Positions 12,540 to 25,420 of a stretch of 64,000 bases of DNA are shown piece after piece. This DNA is from Selaginella moellendorffii (taxonomy: Eukaryota; Plantae; Lycopodiophyta). The notes under the pieces were generated by a model that saw only the letters and a list, made by a program, of their open reading frames with translations, was not told the origin of the DNA and did not search any database. Numbering within the stretch: position 1 is the stretch's first letter; each line of letters begins with the position of its first letter. The stretch is from the NCBI RefSeq assembly GCF_000143415.4, contig NW_003314300.1, positions 1,285,014 through 1,349,013 on the forward strand, in the 5' to 3' direction. Position numbers and translations under genes: made by a program.

Positions 12540-14440
12540 ACCACCCCCAATTGCATGAGTTTCAAAAGTTTAAACCTTTAAAGTATGCAGAACTATCAAG
12601 TTCTAAAAGATTAGATCTATGATATGGAAAATTATTTCATAGTGGCAAATGTAGATGATCATATGAAGATTACATGTGTGCAATCCTTTCTCACTAATTA
12701 TGCCTAAACTTAATGGCGCTAGGTATGTGCTAAAAAAGGTAGACTAAAAGTTAAATTAAGATGCAATCTTGTATCCAAGGAGTACTTGCTAGATGATCTT
12801 GGTCTAAGATTCCATATAGAACGTATAGAGAGTAGTAGTTAAAGTAATTTGAGAACTTTATACATTATGCTAATGCATTTGCTCAAAAACACATTATAAT
12901 TACAAATATAAGTGATGAAGATGCTCGAAGTTATTCCTTGAAAGTTTTTCTCACAATGAGGTTTTAAAATTTAAACAAAAAACATACCTATAGTGTACGA
13001 AGGCAACACAACAAGTTGCCTTAAATCACTCATTCATAAAATAGTATTAACAACCATATGTTAGTACTTTGGACAAGAATAAAATCTCTAGGAATAAACA
13101 AGGTGATAAATAAAGGATGGAAGGAAAGTTCTACTTTGGAGGCTCATAAGCAAAAGTTAATAAAGGTGGTGGTTGGCAACCACCAGTAACTTCTTTTGAT
13201 CCTAGGCCCTCTATTCTTCCTTCTAGTAAGTATAAGCAGTAACAACTTGTGAAATTCATGAATCATAAACTTTGTCTACAAACACTTAATGCGTACACAA
13301 GAGCTATGCACAACGTGATATCCAAAGATTTAGTCAGGTTGTTAGGATTAAAAGTTGAGCAACAAATGTCTCCCATACACTTTTGGTTTGCAAAAAGTGG
13401 GCAAATAGCTAGAAAATTTATACATGATGTACTAATAAAGATATCCAAGTGGAAAGAAAGATTAAATTTAGTAGCGTTGAAGATACCAAACTTTCAAATG
13501 GATTTCTTCAACAAATATATCAAAGGGATATATAGTGCTAGACAAATTCATATCACATTAAGATTAAAAGGACATCCTAATGTATCTTTTTAATTGTAAA
13601 AGCACTCTTCCAAGGATTGGGATGCTAAGTTCTTGACAACGAGAGTAACTTAAAAAGCAACTAAAAAGGGATATTGGACTTTTTGGGTTTAAATGATAGT
13701 AGCTAAAAGTGATTGTGATTAGATTTGAATTGGTGATGGGGTTGATCCTATACTAAAAGAAATCCTCAAATTGTTGGTGAGGAATTAGGATATCTTCTTG
13801 AAAGATGTACCACTAGAGCTACCTTCTAGCCATGAAATTAATCATCAGATTGAAATTGTTTTGGGCTCTAAATTGCCTATAAAGGTTTCATATCATTTGA
13901 ACATCAAGGAGATAGCTGAACTCAAAAGAGTAACTCATGGAGCTTCTTGATAAATATTATATTTGCTGAGCACTGGTCTTTTTTGCTATGAAAAAGGATG
14001 GTACCATGAGGATGTGTATCAATTATCAACATGATTACAGTCAAAAATAGTTATTTATTACCTCTCATTGATGACTTATTTGACCAACTTTTAAAAGCTA
14101 AGTATTTTATGTGATTGGATTTATGGTTTGAGTATCATCAAATACAGTTAATAGATCAAAATATGGAGAAGACAACCTTTAAAACTTGTTATAGATCCTA
14201 TAAATTCATGGTTATGCTGTTCGGGTTATGTAATGCCTTAATAAATAAAATATTTAAAAATTATTTAGACACATTTGTTGTTTTATATAATGACAATATT
14301 CTAGTCTTTAGTGAAACATTGGAGTACCATTTAAAACATTTAGAATTAATGTTTTAAAAGTTGTAGGAACACAAGTTATATGTTAAGGAGAGTAAATGCA
14401 CTTTTATGCAATTGCATGGGAACTTTCTTGGGCATATAGT
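12540..14440 (+). mobile_element. Ty3/gypsy gag-protease-RT relic, truncated in RT
   Basis: Protease-like ...HNVISKDLVRLLGLKVE; RT motifs KKDGTMRMCINY, LPLIDDLFDQL, DLWFEYHQI, VMLFGLCNA, VVLYNDNILVFS (YLDD decayed), FLGHIV. Stops and frameshifts throughout. Confidence 0.85.
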
Positions 14441-15389
14441 TCGCTACATATATCAATTTTCTTTAGGTATAGGATATAGAGAAATAGATCATATTATAAT
14501 AGTAGGGCATATTAGCATACTTCCATTCTTTCAGGTGAGACTGCCTTTAAATCTTGGAAATGTAGATAAAGTTGATTCTTTGATGTGATATTACTTTTGA
14601 GTCTTTCAAAAGATTCTGATTTCTTTTATTATTATTCATAAATAACTCCTGAAAATTCTTATTGGGGATTCACTGCAAAATTATACCTTAGTCTTTTCAT
14701 ATATGAGGATTTGCAATATAGGCAGGCAATAGAGTTTTTAATATAAATTAATATATAAATTAAATATCATGAAAAGTTTTATAGAGTAAATTTCTTGATG
14801 CTTTTTGTAGTACTATTCATTTCTTCATTTCTCTTGCTCTAAACTATTGTTTTAGAAGTAATAAGTATTTTTATCAATAGTGACAGTGATATCTATATTT
14901 CTATATGAGTAATAAGAACCAGAAGTGTAATATGGAAATTGTGGTTGTGCACTAAAGTTAACATTCTCACATTCTTTTGTGTTACAACTTTTACTCACAA
15001 ATTTTATATTTTCCTTACTTCCCATCTTCTCAAGAACCTTAGAAAAAACTTTCAATAAAGGAATAATATATAAATATATGATAGCTGTAAAATTAGCTAA
15101 AATATGATATAATCAAATAAAAATATAACAACTGTAATAGTAGTCAGTAAAATAATATATCTTTAGAAAAGATAAATTTTAGCTCACTTTGTCTTTTTTA
15201 AATGAGTCATTCTAGTAGAAATTTTTGACCCAGATACTTACATGTTTCAATATTTTAAAGTTTATTAGAACCTTTCATTTCTTCAATTTAGATTTCTTTT
15301 ACAAGACTTTAGTTGACTGCATTGACTTGTGTTGGCTTGTGTTGAGTTGAGTTCAACTTATGAGCTCAACTCAACTTTGAACCACCCCC

Positions 15390-15925
15390 AATTAAATGAC
15401 AACTTAGGGTTTCCTTCCTTAATGCCCCTCCAATCTAAATGTATATATGATGATTAGTTTCTCAACTAACTTGGCCAGAGACTGATAAAAGGTTCAACAA
15501 TACTAACTTTCTGCCGTCATAGTAGTAAAGAAGAATATTTGCAAAGACTTGCTGAAAGGTAACTTTCAAAACCTATAGTCATATTTGTAACAAAATTTTT
15601 GTATTCTTATATAAAAGTTTGTTGCTTAATAATTTAATATCTCAAAGATGTATTTATCTATAACTTCAATATTGTCCATCATCTTAATGCTAATATATAT
15701 ATAGAATAGTTTTATGTCGCAAATGTGATTGTGGGTATTGAAAGTTATTTATTAGTGATTCCTTTTAGATGTTTTTTTTTTATTATCACGATGGCAGTAA
15801 GTCGGCATTACTAAACCCATCATCAATTTCTACCCAAGCTAGTTGAGAAACTAGTCATCATATATGCACTTAGACTGGAAAGGCACTAAGAAAGGAAATC
15901 ATAAGTTATTATTTAGTCAAATATA
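15390..15925. repeat. Two LTR-end remnants in inverted orientation (~15390-15592 and 15715-~15925)
   Basis: First ends CATATTTGTAACA; second starts TGTCGCAAATGTG. Both resemble the LTR terminus of the local family and are imperfect reverse complements of each other. Confidence 0.7.
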
Positions 15926-16684
15926 CTTAATACAATGATGAGAAACATGTTATTAATTTACACTTGTTAATGTTGGGAACCTCCATGATATTAAGTTGAG
16001 ATCTTAGCATTATCGTCATTGTTCCATTTTACCACCTCACTAACTATATGCATGCTTCTATCAATAATTAAACGTGTATACAACAATCTTACCAAATAAT
16101 GCAATTCAACTAATCTTACATAAATTGTTTCAAATTTATTATAAAAGTCTAATAGATCTATTAGACGTATACAACTAAAGTTAGAAACTCTGACAAAAGT
16201 TAAATATTAAAATAATTCCCCTGATACCAAATGTAACACATTTGAATTTGAAATTGAAATTTAAAGTTCTTACACTATAAAACAAAAGTTCAATATCAAA
16301 TAGTATTTAGCACAATTTTAGCATACTAGTGGTTTAACATATAGTGAGTATCCCACCAACTATAACAAAATGAAACTTAAGTTAAGGCCCGAATTGAATG
16401 CAAAACAAAGAGCAATATAGCCCAATAGGCCCAAGAGGGAATTAAACTGGAAAAACCTTAGTGGCACAAGTATTCATTTCCAGTTCATGAAATTCATGAT
16501 CCCAAAATGATGTTCTTGTATATGGTATTTCACCCAGGGCTTTCCCACTTCAGCCAAGTTGCCAAGATTGTTGCTTGGCTCGCAATGATTGCTGCTGTGG
16601 TGGAAATCACAAACATTGGCCAGTATAGAGGTTCTGTTTAACAAGGAAAAAGAGAAGTTTCTGTCCACAAGCTTTGAGAAAATC

Positions 16685-17779
16685 GTAGTATCTGGGAGAG
16701 AGTTATAGAAGGCGTCGGCTACTCGCTCACACATCCTGCCCCATGTAAGCTGCGAGGCAAGGAAAAGTAAACAGCAAAAGTTTCTCATAAGAAATCTCTG
16801 TGTACCATTCTATAATCTTTTCTCTTTCTCGTTACAAGGAAAATCGTTGCCTGAATGGAGAGAGCAGAGAAACGGTCGAGGTTTGCAAACAATGCCTCTG
16901 CGCCTGCAACGTCAATTCCTTGCATGAGCGACAGCGTAAAAACGAAAGAAGAACATCGTTTACCAGTGATGGAGAGCATAATTCCTCCAAGAGCGACCCA
17001 TCCATTCACTTCACTCCTGTGGAAGTAGCGAATGAAAGTGAGCGGCGAGAGTGCCAGGAAGATCGTGCCTGAAAATATTGTAAAGCCCGATCAAGCCAAT
17101 GGAGAGGAACCAGACGGGAGTAAAAATGCCGGTTCCAAATCGTTGCATACGAAACAGGATCACCAAAATGAGCAGGACAGCTTCTGCGAAAAATAAAAAA
17201 TGCTGCGTTAAGTTTCATGATCGCGCTCGTTCCCGAAAGAGCAAGATCTTCTGGGGATGGGAGTTGTTCTCCAAGAGTGTTCTCACCTTTCTCACCTTGA
17301 AAGCCAGAGAGTTTGGAGCTACTGGCTAAGTCGTGAGTTTCAAGTCGGTGTGATGCTGGTTTTGGATCGTGTTTGCTTTGACGTGCCTACAGATAAGCGA
17401 GTAGAGAGCAAAAGTTCTAACTGCGAACAAAGATTCATGAGCTCCCGATCGAGACGAGAATGAAACAACGAGAAAAAAGAGCCAACCTTCGCCATTAGCT
17501 GGACTGAAGAGAGGGATGAGAGTGATGGTGTAGAGCGTTCCAAGGATGACGTCGGGGTTTTCCACGGTGGTCGTATCCTGGAAGATGCCAAGAAGGCCAG
17601 CCGCAAAGTGGTGGCCGTGCACAATCCCTGGAGGAAACAAAGAGACCCGATTGGATTCACGAGAGAAGAGAGATGGGGGGCTGAACCAAAGTTTGGTCCA
17701 GCTTCCACATTCTTCCCCCGCCCGGCGGAGCACTGCGATTGTGGCTGGCGGCCTCCCAACGCCGCCACATCTCCTCCAT
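16685..17779 (-). pseudogene. KUP/HAK/KT potassium transporter pseudogene (AtKUP9-11-like clade)
   Basis: RMWKLDQTLVQP, TATTLRLAF, NGEG/TFALYSLICRHVKANTIQNQHHTDLKLTT*, LFRMQRFGT, WFLSIGLIGLYNIF, GWVALGGIMLSITG/AEALFANL, AYMGQ, VADAFYNSLP. Introns are retained; internal deletions, stops and 3' truncation. Confidence 0.85.
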
Positions 17780-17985
17780 CTCTACGGCCTTTGACGAGCT
17801 CCGTCCAAGAAGCTTCTGTATTTACCCAATCCGCAACACATTGGGAGCTTCAAGATTTCTGGAGCAATCGCGGAGACCGAGCGACAGTATATTGGTTAGG
17901 AAAACCCCATGTTCTAGCAGCCAAGAACCCTAATGTTATAGTTTAAACCAATGAGCGGGAAAAAGAGCCCTAGAGGAGAAAAGCG

Positions 17986-19112
17986 ATGGCACTACTGCTG
18001 CTGCTGGCTCTCCTGCCGATCGCGATGACTCTCGTCGATGCCGCGGACAAAAATCCGGTATTCAATCCGTGCCGCCAGTTGCTTCCTGTCGGGGGCAAGG
18101 ATTCGATCAGCATTGCGGTAGGGTACACTGGCGCACCCTCGGTCTGGTACAACAACTCGGATCCGTCGCTCAATCAGCTCTCGCCTTGCGACAACGCGCT
18201 CGTCGCTGTGAGTGTTGTCTGAGAATTCGTGCGTTTGAGTTTGATCGAGCTTTCTTTGGTTTGTTGTGTTGGGCAGAAAATGCCGGCGAATTCCCGGGTT
18301 GCCGTGTTCAGGCCTCTGCTGGATCAAATCTCGATGCTGCGGACGAACAATGCGAGCTACCTGGATCTTCTCACTGCCGTAATCTATCAAACTTCCACGA
18401 TCGAAGAACACAGTAAAAAAAACTTTACTTGGACTTTCTTATCAGATTTTGTTTTTTTTTGTTCCAGTTTCCTGGGAATGCTACTGTGGTTGCTTATGCT
18501 GGGAACCCCACAATTGTCTCGACGCCAAAATACTTCCTTATTCCTTATGTAAGTTCACGAAAAGAGTTTTAGCGGAAATAGGAGTCACGCTTTGTTTTGT
18601 AAGCAGGGGAGAATACCGATCTACACACTCGTGATTGAGCTCAAGAAAGGAGTGCTCAAGAATTTGCTTTGGTAAGAATCACCTTTGCTTAGACTCTTGT
18701 GTGTGTTTATGTTTCTTTCTTCAGGAAGGACGATAAATGTGCATCTTGTGGTGGAAAGACGAGCGCTTCGTGCTTCCAAGGCGCCTGTTCGACGTCAGAG
18801 TCGACTTGTCTGGATCCATCGTCGACAATTGCGTCGGTAAAAGGCGCTGATCCGTGCCGATTTGCCGTAAGTTTTGTGTCTTTTCGTCCGAGATAGAAGA
18901 ACCATCCGTCCTTACTCCTTTGTGGCTCTTTGTCTCTTCACTTACAGATAAATGTGGCATTCTCTGGAACAGACAAAAACAATGTGGTGATGGACTCGTG
19001 GTACCAGGTGAAGTCCATGGAGCAGTACTCCATCACATCGCTCTTTGGACAGGCCGGCAATGCGCTATCCCAAGTTGGTCTGTCCATCATAGACGACCAA
19101 CTTGGTGGGTGA
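17986..19112 (+). CDS. Secreted Cys-rich Expp1-like protein (At3g11800/At3g44150-type family), ~6 exons
   Basis: Signal peptide, then motifs DKNPVFNPC, QLSPCD, VAVFRP, TLVIELKKG..NLLWKDDKCASC, VAFSGTDKN..MDSWYQV..QYS. GT-AG introns of ~55-90 nt. Confidence 0.8.
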
Positions 19113-19944
19113 CATAATCGACCAGCCACGTTTGACACGATGCGTACCTTACTTCGGCCGAGAGGAGCATGTCTTCGGGTAATCCTAATTCGGGACTGGT
19201 AAGCTTGTGTTTTTTCAGCGCCTCTCACTTGGAAGTCAAATTTTGCCATGGTTGCTGCGCTCTATATTTCATCTAGTAAGCTCGAGAGTTCTTTTCAGCT
19301 GAATGATGTGATGCCATATAGGTGATTGATCATTTCCTCACTGAGCTCGCTCGCCGAACGTTTTGCCTCGTGCCGCCAATCTGGTGTACCTTTGTGAATG
19401 CAGCGACAATTTTAAGAGCCCAGGAGGTCAGCCATTGCAGATTGGTTTCCGGACAAGCTGGCCAGCTTCGGCACCATCAGCACCGCAGTGGGTCGTCAGG
19501 ATGCTCTTACAGAAGTGGGGATTATAGCACAAAGGTAGTCAGTTACGCTGCGCAGCTCGAAGCTGGCCACGGGCTCGCAAATGGGATGAGATCATGGTAT
19601 GAACCGATATGTTTTCATGAAAGCTACGTAAAATAGGGCATGGATTTGTAGTCCTCGATCCATTCATTGGTGCTCACAGAGCAAGTGTAGCAACCTTGGC
19701 ATTCACTTGAAAGAGAGGCATTCACTCTCCTCGCAGCTTTCCTGGATTCACCAAAGCCAAATCAGTAAACGGATAATTTTTTCAACGGAGATGGAGAGGC
19801 TCGCGTCTATCGACTCGCGAGGCATGAGTGTTATCACTACGGCACATTTCGAGGAGGTCAAAGTCCATGTCATACTTATAAAATTGTCGGACATGATCAA
19901 CGATCAAACAAGCTTAAACCACATTGAGCTCTAGTTTGTTAAAG

Positions 19945-20440
19945 CTGGAGCAGGTCCAGATACATTCCGATGCCTCTGAAGTACTGAGTTAGTGTAGCAG
20001 AGCCCCACGAATTTGCCAACTGGAGTGACGAAAAATTGTCCTTTTGCTTCTGCTGCCCAGTGTATAACTCACTGGAGCTAAAGGTGAGTTGATCTTGCGA
20101 ACTTGTTTGGTCCTCCGAATCTTCTCATTTGGGTTAACTCTTCATTTGGATAGTCCATACATTATATCTGCGAAAAGAACAAGGAAGAACTCGTGAACAA
20201 GTTCGAGCTCACCTGTGTTGGCGCCTTGCGTGTGGTGCCATGAGCTGGTGCCCAGATATGCTGACCATCTCCATAGTCATACATCACTTGGGGACCATCG
20301 AACACTTCACCATGCCAGAGTCTTGTGCACACAATTGCCATCGCCAAACTCAATTCCTTCTGTGCCGCCCCATCAGCCATAGCGATGAGTACTGGATCCG
20401 AAGATGGAGTAGTATAATGTCAGCTGTGAGCAAAGCATAT
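19945..20440 (-). pseudogene. Jacalin-related lectin pseudogene
   Basis: YG*WGGTEGIEFGDG, WHGEVFDGPQVMYD..WAPAHG, an intron GTGAG...TTTTCGCAG (~20168-20212), MDYPNEELTQ, QLTF, KGQFFVTPVGKFVG, GIGMYL. Spread over several frames with stops. Confidence 0.7.
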
Positions 20441-20849
20441 GTGATGAAGTGTAGAACACTTGACACAGAGGGCGAACATGAAAAAGAACACTAAAATCCA
20501 TATATCTCTATTGATCGATCTTAATTGAATGATTGGAAGCAAGGGCCAAGTGCTTGAGATTAACTTATTGCAAGCAGGAAGCTGAAGGACGTCAATTAAA
20601 AAGTTGTCTTGTTTTTGAGCACCACATTCTTCATATGGAAGGGAAAATGCTGGTTCCCACCCTCAACTGCTCCTTGCTTCTTGTTATGACAAGAATTTCC
20701 TAGTTTACTTGGATCTCAAGGATATAAATGCATGGCAAGGCAAAGATTTTATCCATTTGGATGAAATTCTAAATGTATGGAAGAGAAATTTGTAAAAGCA
20801 GCTGAAGACCAAAGAAGTATGTTGAAGAGCATTGAACTCTTTATAAAAG

Positions 20850-21030
20850 GTTGGTGACTTGGTTTATGTGAAAGTGATATTTCCAGTATATACAATTAGC
20901 ATGTTCTTTATAAAAGATGGGAAAAGTGACCTGTCTCCTAGGCATTCCTATGAATCTTGGAATATATCAGTAAAATGGTGAAGTAAGTGTGAAAGTACAC
21001 CCATTTTTCTATGTTAGCTAGCTGAAAAGT
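20850..21030 (+). mobile_element. Ty3/gypsy integrase C-terminal fragment
   Basis: GDLVYVK ... KVHPFFYVS*LK, a decayed HPVFHVSQLK motif. Confidence 0.5.
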
Positions 21031-23522
21031 GTTTTGACAAAAAGCAAATCTTGAGTGAATTCCCTATAGATGTTTCAAGCTGAGGAAGAATGGATAGAGC
21101 TAGAGCCCTAACAAGCGTCATCAGTCAACTAGTGGACAAATCATTTACAGCAGTACCTTTAAATGACAAAAAACACCTTCAGATCCTCTATTTTGCAATT
21201 CCCCAATCCAACAATGTTTTACCAGATGCCACCATTTGATTGTCCTAGGTGAGTGACATTGTGAGGCTCTTCATTTCCTATTGGACCTTCTCTATCCTAC
21301 TATCCTCTCTACTCCTTTGATTCTTCAAATTCTTTAGGATGCCTTTCCATATCAAAATATTCCCAAAGCTCAGATTCCACAACTGGGGTAAATGTGTCTA
21401 ATACAAGCTCAGTAATTGATGTTGTAATGGTTTTTTCAGCCCCTTTAAGAAATACTCTTGGAATTGCCAATCCATGGCCATACATGGGCCAAATGTTCTG
21501 GTATACTAAACACATCAAATGAAGACCACACTATCTCACTTTCTTTCAGAGGAATAATTAGCCTTTGGCTTAATAAGAACTAATCGCCACCAAAATTCTC
21601 TCAAACATTTAAGAAACTCTTCTTGATTTGAATTTCACTTAACTCTAGTTCCTTAGCTCTTTTCTGACTCACGTCCAGCCATTGACCTACTTAGCAGTAA
21701 AAAATATTGCAAATCAATATTTTGTCTCAGCTGGCTGCACATCACTCTTAAAAGTTGGCAGCTTGACTTTGCTTGAGATGGTCAAGTCTTGTCCCCTAGG
21801 CATTACCAACTAGTTGAATCCACAAAACATATTTAGAAGAGGAATTCTACATCCCTTTGATGTAAAGGGCTTGAATATTGAGTTATAATCAGTTGCTACA
21901 TGCAAATTTTCTCACTAATGCACACTTAAGTACTATTTGTTTTGCTGAATCCTCCTACAAGAGTGGTATTGGATCAAATTGGTAACCCTATGAGACCTCA
22001 GCCCCCTCAAATAGACTCTTCTGAATGCAAAAAACCACCCTCTTTTACATCTACTCTAGAGGTCCTTTAGCAACCTTAGAATATAACCCACTCTTAATAA
22101 CCCTTTGCCATCACTTAAGGCCTTTAAGGTGGATTTAGGGTAGAGAAGATAAAGCTAAACCCCACTATTATCACTTATGGCAACCTACAAAATGAGAGAT
22201 ATACTCTCTTTTCTAAGCCCCAAATAAACTCCTTAAAAGGAACTTGTAGTCTTGCCATTAACTTTTTTTTAATAGTTCCAATTTATTTAATTTTGGGATC
22301 TAATTATAGCTTCTTTTAGATTATTGCAACACAATCTAAAGATAATCAATGATCAAATTTGTCATGTTTGATCCATATATCTCTAGTCCCCAAGTTTTGC
22401 AAAAGCATCAATTAAAACTAATGCTAAGTAGTGTGTGACAAACTTGCCCACATATAACTACAGAATAGCCAGCAAAGTGTGTAGGCAAGAAACATTATGT
22501 TTATGTTCCAGACTTTGTTTTATACGTTTAAACATTTTTGGGGCCATTGTTGTGCAATATTTCACTATACCTTCAAATGTGATGACTGGGAAAAATGTAA
22601 CCTTCCCTACACACAAGAAATCCCATACTCAAGACATACGTCACTAAGGAAACACATTTTTAAACACCAGAAAACTTGAACTTCTAATTCATTTGTAGTC
22701 AAGGTTAAATGAACTGCTTAAATTGCTTTGTGATTTTGATAGTTGACAAATTAGATCCAATTTGGATCATTCACTCTTGTATATAAGCTAAAGTTTTGGG
22801 CTAATATGAATATTCACATTTCTATATTTCAAGCTCTCACAATATTAAATAAAAAATTAGATATAATTAGATTAAAACTCAACTCAACTCAATTGCAAGT
22901 TTGAATTTTGAATTTTAGTTGTTAGATATGCCACTAAATGATCAAAGAGACATCAGTGGAAGAAATAATTTAGTTATTCTAAAAGGATCAACTGGATAAG
23001 TAGTTAATAGATATATGCAATAATGTTTGGTTAGCTTAGCTTATGAAACCAAATTATAACGTTAGGTTAAGCCTCCCTTATGAAATTAAAAAATATGCTG
23101 AAATATACTTAACTATTCACCCCATAAACCAAAAATAAATGATCTTATAGGTTATCTCACAAACCGTGAACATTAATAATTTATTTTTTATCTAATTACC
23201 CTTTTTCGTAAATACGAACTTTGGACAAACGTTGGCCATACGTGTCCGCCTTCTGTCCGTCGGTTTTGTTTATAAGCGGCATCGGAGAATTCTCTCTCTT
23301 TTGTTTTTTCTTTCTCCCTTTTCATTTTTATGCTTTTAGTCAGCTGCTTATTAGGGTTTGGGTGGAATGCGCGGTCGCCCTGGTAATGCTGCGGCATTCT
23401 CTTGCCCGATTCCTGCGCCGGCGCCCTAGATTTACGCTTGTTCTTGCTCTCGGTTCGTCGGCCATAGCTGGAGGATGCGCGATTGATCGGGATTCCTGGG
23501 TTCTTGCTCCAGCTGAGGTGAC

Positions 23523-25304
23523 ATGATCTCGATCGACGAGGAAAACAACGGCTTCCAGAGTAAGGCTGCCTCGTTTGAGCTCCTCAAGCTAGCAAATGAG
23601 AAGCAGGCCGCGGCGAAGCTGGTGATTCGGCCGGCTGTCCTGGCCAGGGCTCTTGAGGAAGAGCTTAGGGACGAGCAAGTGCCCAGCAGCTTGGGGCCAT
23701 CAGATGATTCATTCATTTTTGAGCATCATAGGGCAAAGCGAGAATTTTTTGCATTGCCGCTTGGCCGGTGAGTGGCTGATTCTTGATCCCTCGCGTCCTA
23801 GCTTGTGATCATTGTTTCCAGAATCGCTAGAACTATGAAAACTTGGATACGAGAAATGGAGGACAAGAGGAGGGCAAAGCTCTTCAATGCTGTCGCTGGA
23901 GCTGGCGCAGGTTTTTTTTTTTTTTTCCCTCTTAACTTCGTGCTCACTTAAAATTCTTTTTTCTTTGTCAAGGTTCTATATCTGCAACGTTTGTCGCTCC
24001 ACTCGATGTCGTGAAAACGCGACTTCAAATCCAACGCATTCCAAAGGCTGGACAACTTGGTGTAAATGGTAAGCTCGTTTACGTCTTTGTCTTCGTATTG
24101 ACTTGAGAGTTCTCCAGCTTTTGGAGGTACGAGCTTAGGAAAGACACTTCAATCGATAGTGAGGCAGGAGGGAGTCAGGGGACTTTACCAGGGCTTGGCT
24201 CCAACGATTTTGGCGTTGCTTCCCAACTGGGCGGTAAGTTACAATTACTCAGAAAGACCTTTAAGCTCAATCGCCTAACTCGCAGGTTTTCTTTACAACT
24301 TACGAGCAAATGAAGAGGTTATTGCAGACGAGAGGTAAAGCGAGCTTGGTACTTCTATTTCGAAGATGATAACTATTTCTTTGTACAAAGATTCACAAGC
24401 CGGGAAGCAGCAGCTGACGATGAGCTCACATTTATTAGCTGCGACGGTGGCTGGAGCCGCGACTAATCTTATTACCAATCCTCTCTGGGTTGTTAAGACT
24501 CGTTTGCAGGTAATTTTCTCTTGACTTTTTGCTGTCTGTTGATGACGGTAAAATCTCAGACTCAACGGCTGAGACCGGATTTAGTTCCCTACAAGAATAC
24601 TTTCTCTGCCTTACGTCGCATTGCGGCTGAAGAAGGCCTCAGTGGCTTGTATAGGTGTGCTTCCATTTTTTTCACGCTTATATAATCCCGTTTTTTAATC
24701 CTTTTCTGTGCTTAAACAGCGGATTGATACCAGCACTTGCAGGAGTAAGTCACGTCGCGGTGCAGTTCCCGGTTTATGAGCAGCTGAAGCAGTATTTCGC
24801 AAAGCTAGGTGGGACTGACAACTCCAGTTGCTTACTGTTTTGCTAACTTCTTATCTTCTTCCAGATGGAACTACGACAGATAGATTGTCAACAGGTCGCG
24901 TGGCAATTGCTTCATCAATATCAAAAGTCCTTGCTTCTACCATGACGTACCCTCATGAGGTTTGTGATTCTTCTAAACTTATTACGATGGCTTTGATTTC
25001 TCTTTTGCAGGTTGTGAGAGCTCGGCTCCAACAACAGGGTCAGGTCGCCGTCACTCATATGAAATACGCCGGTGTTGTAGATTGCGTGAGGAAGATCTGG
25101 GTGGAGGAGGGAATCGCCGGTTTCTACCGAGGCTGCGGGACAAATCTCATGAGAACAACACCCGCGGCTGTGATCACCTTCACGAGTTTCGAGCTGATAA
25201 TGCGGTTCCTCCAGAGCTTGGAGCCTCCCAAGGCAGTGGTTTTGAAAAGAGACGACGACGACAGCGGCGAGGAGGTCGTCTCGGAAGAAGTTACAAAACA
25301 TTGA
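23523..25304 (+). CDS. NDT: Mitochondrial carrier family NAD+ transporter (NDT1/NDT2-like), multi-exon
   Basis: Three carrier repeats ([30 protein letters not shown]) plus NDT-type [32 protein letters not shown]. Canonical short introns. The start may instead be the ATG at 23835. Confidence 0.88.
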
Positions 25305-25420
25305 GTTTTGGCACAGTTCGTGAAAGCCAAGCGGGTCTGGGTGACGATTTTGGGAGCTCAAGCTTTCGTCTCCAGTGAGGTCTCGATTCCTTCCATCTTT
25401 TTGTCTTGCTCATATTTTGC

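Noticed and set aside
14450-15300. 67-aa AT-rich minus-strand ORF as a second hidden gene
   Set aside because: No coherent exon structure. Faint hAT-transposase-like pieces (LYCL/AYIANP) suggest TE debris but are too weak to call.
16221-16240. Isolated CTGATACCAAATGTAAC PBS/LTR junction
   Set aside because: Probably a real retroelement scar, but its boundaries cannot be defined.
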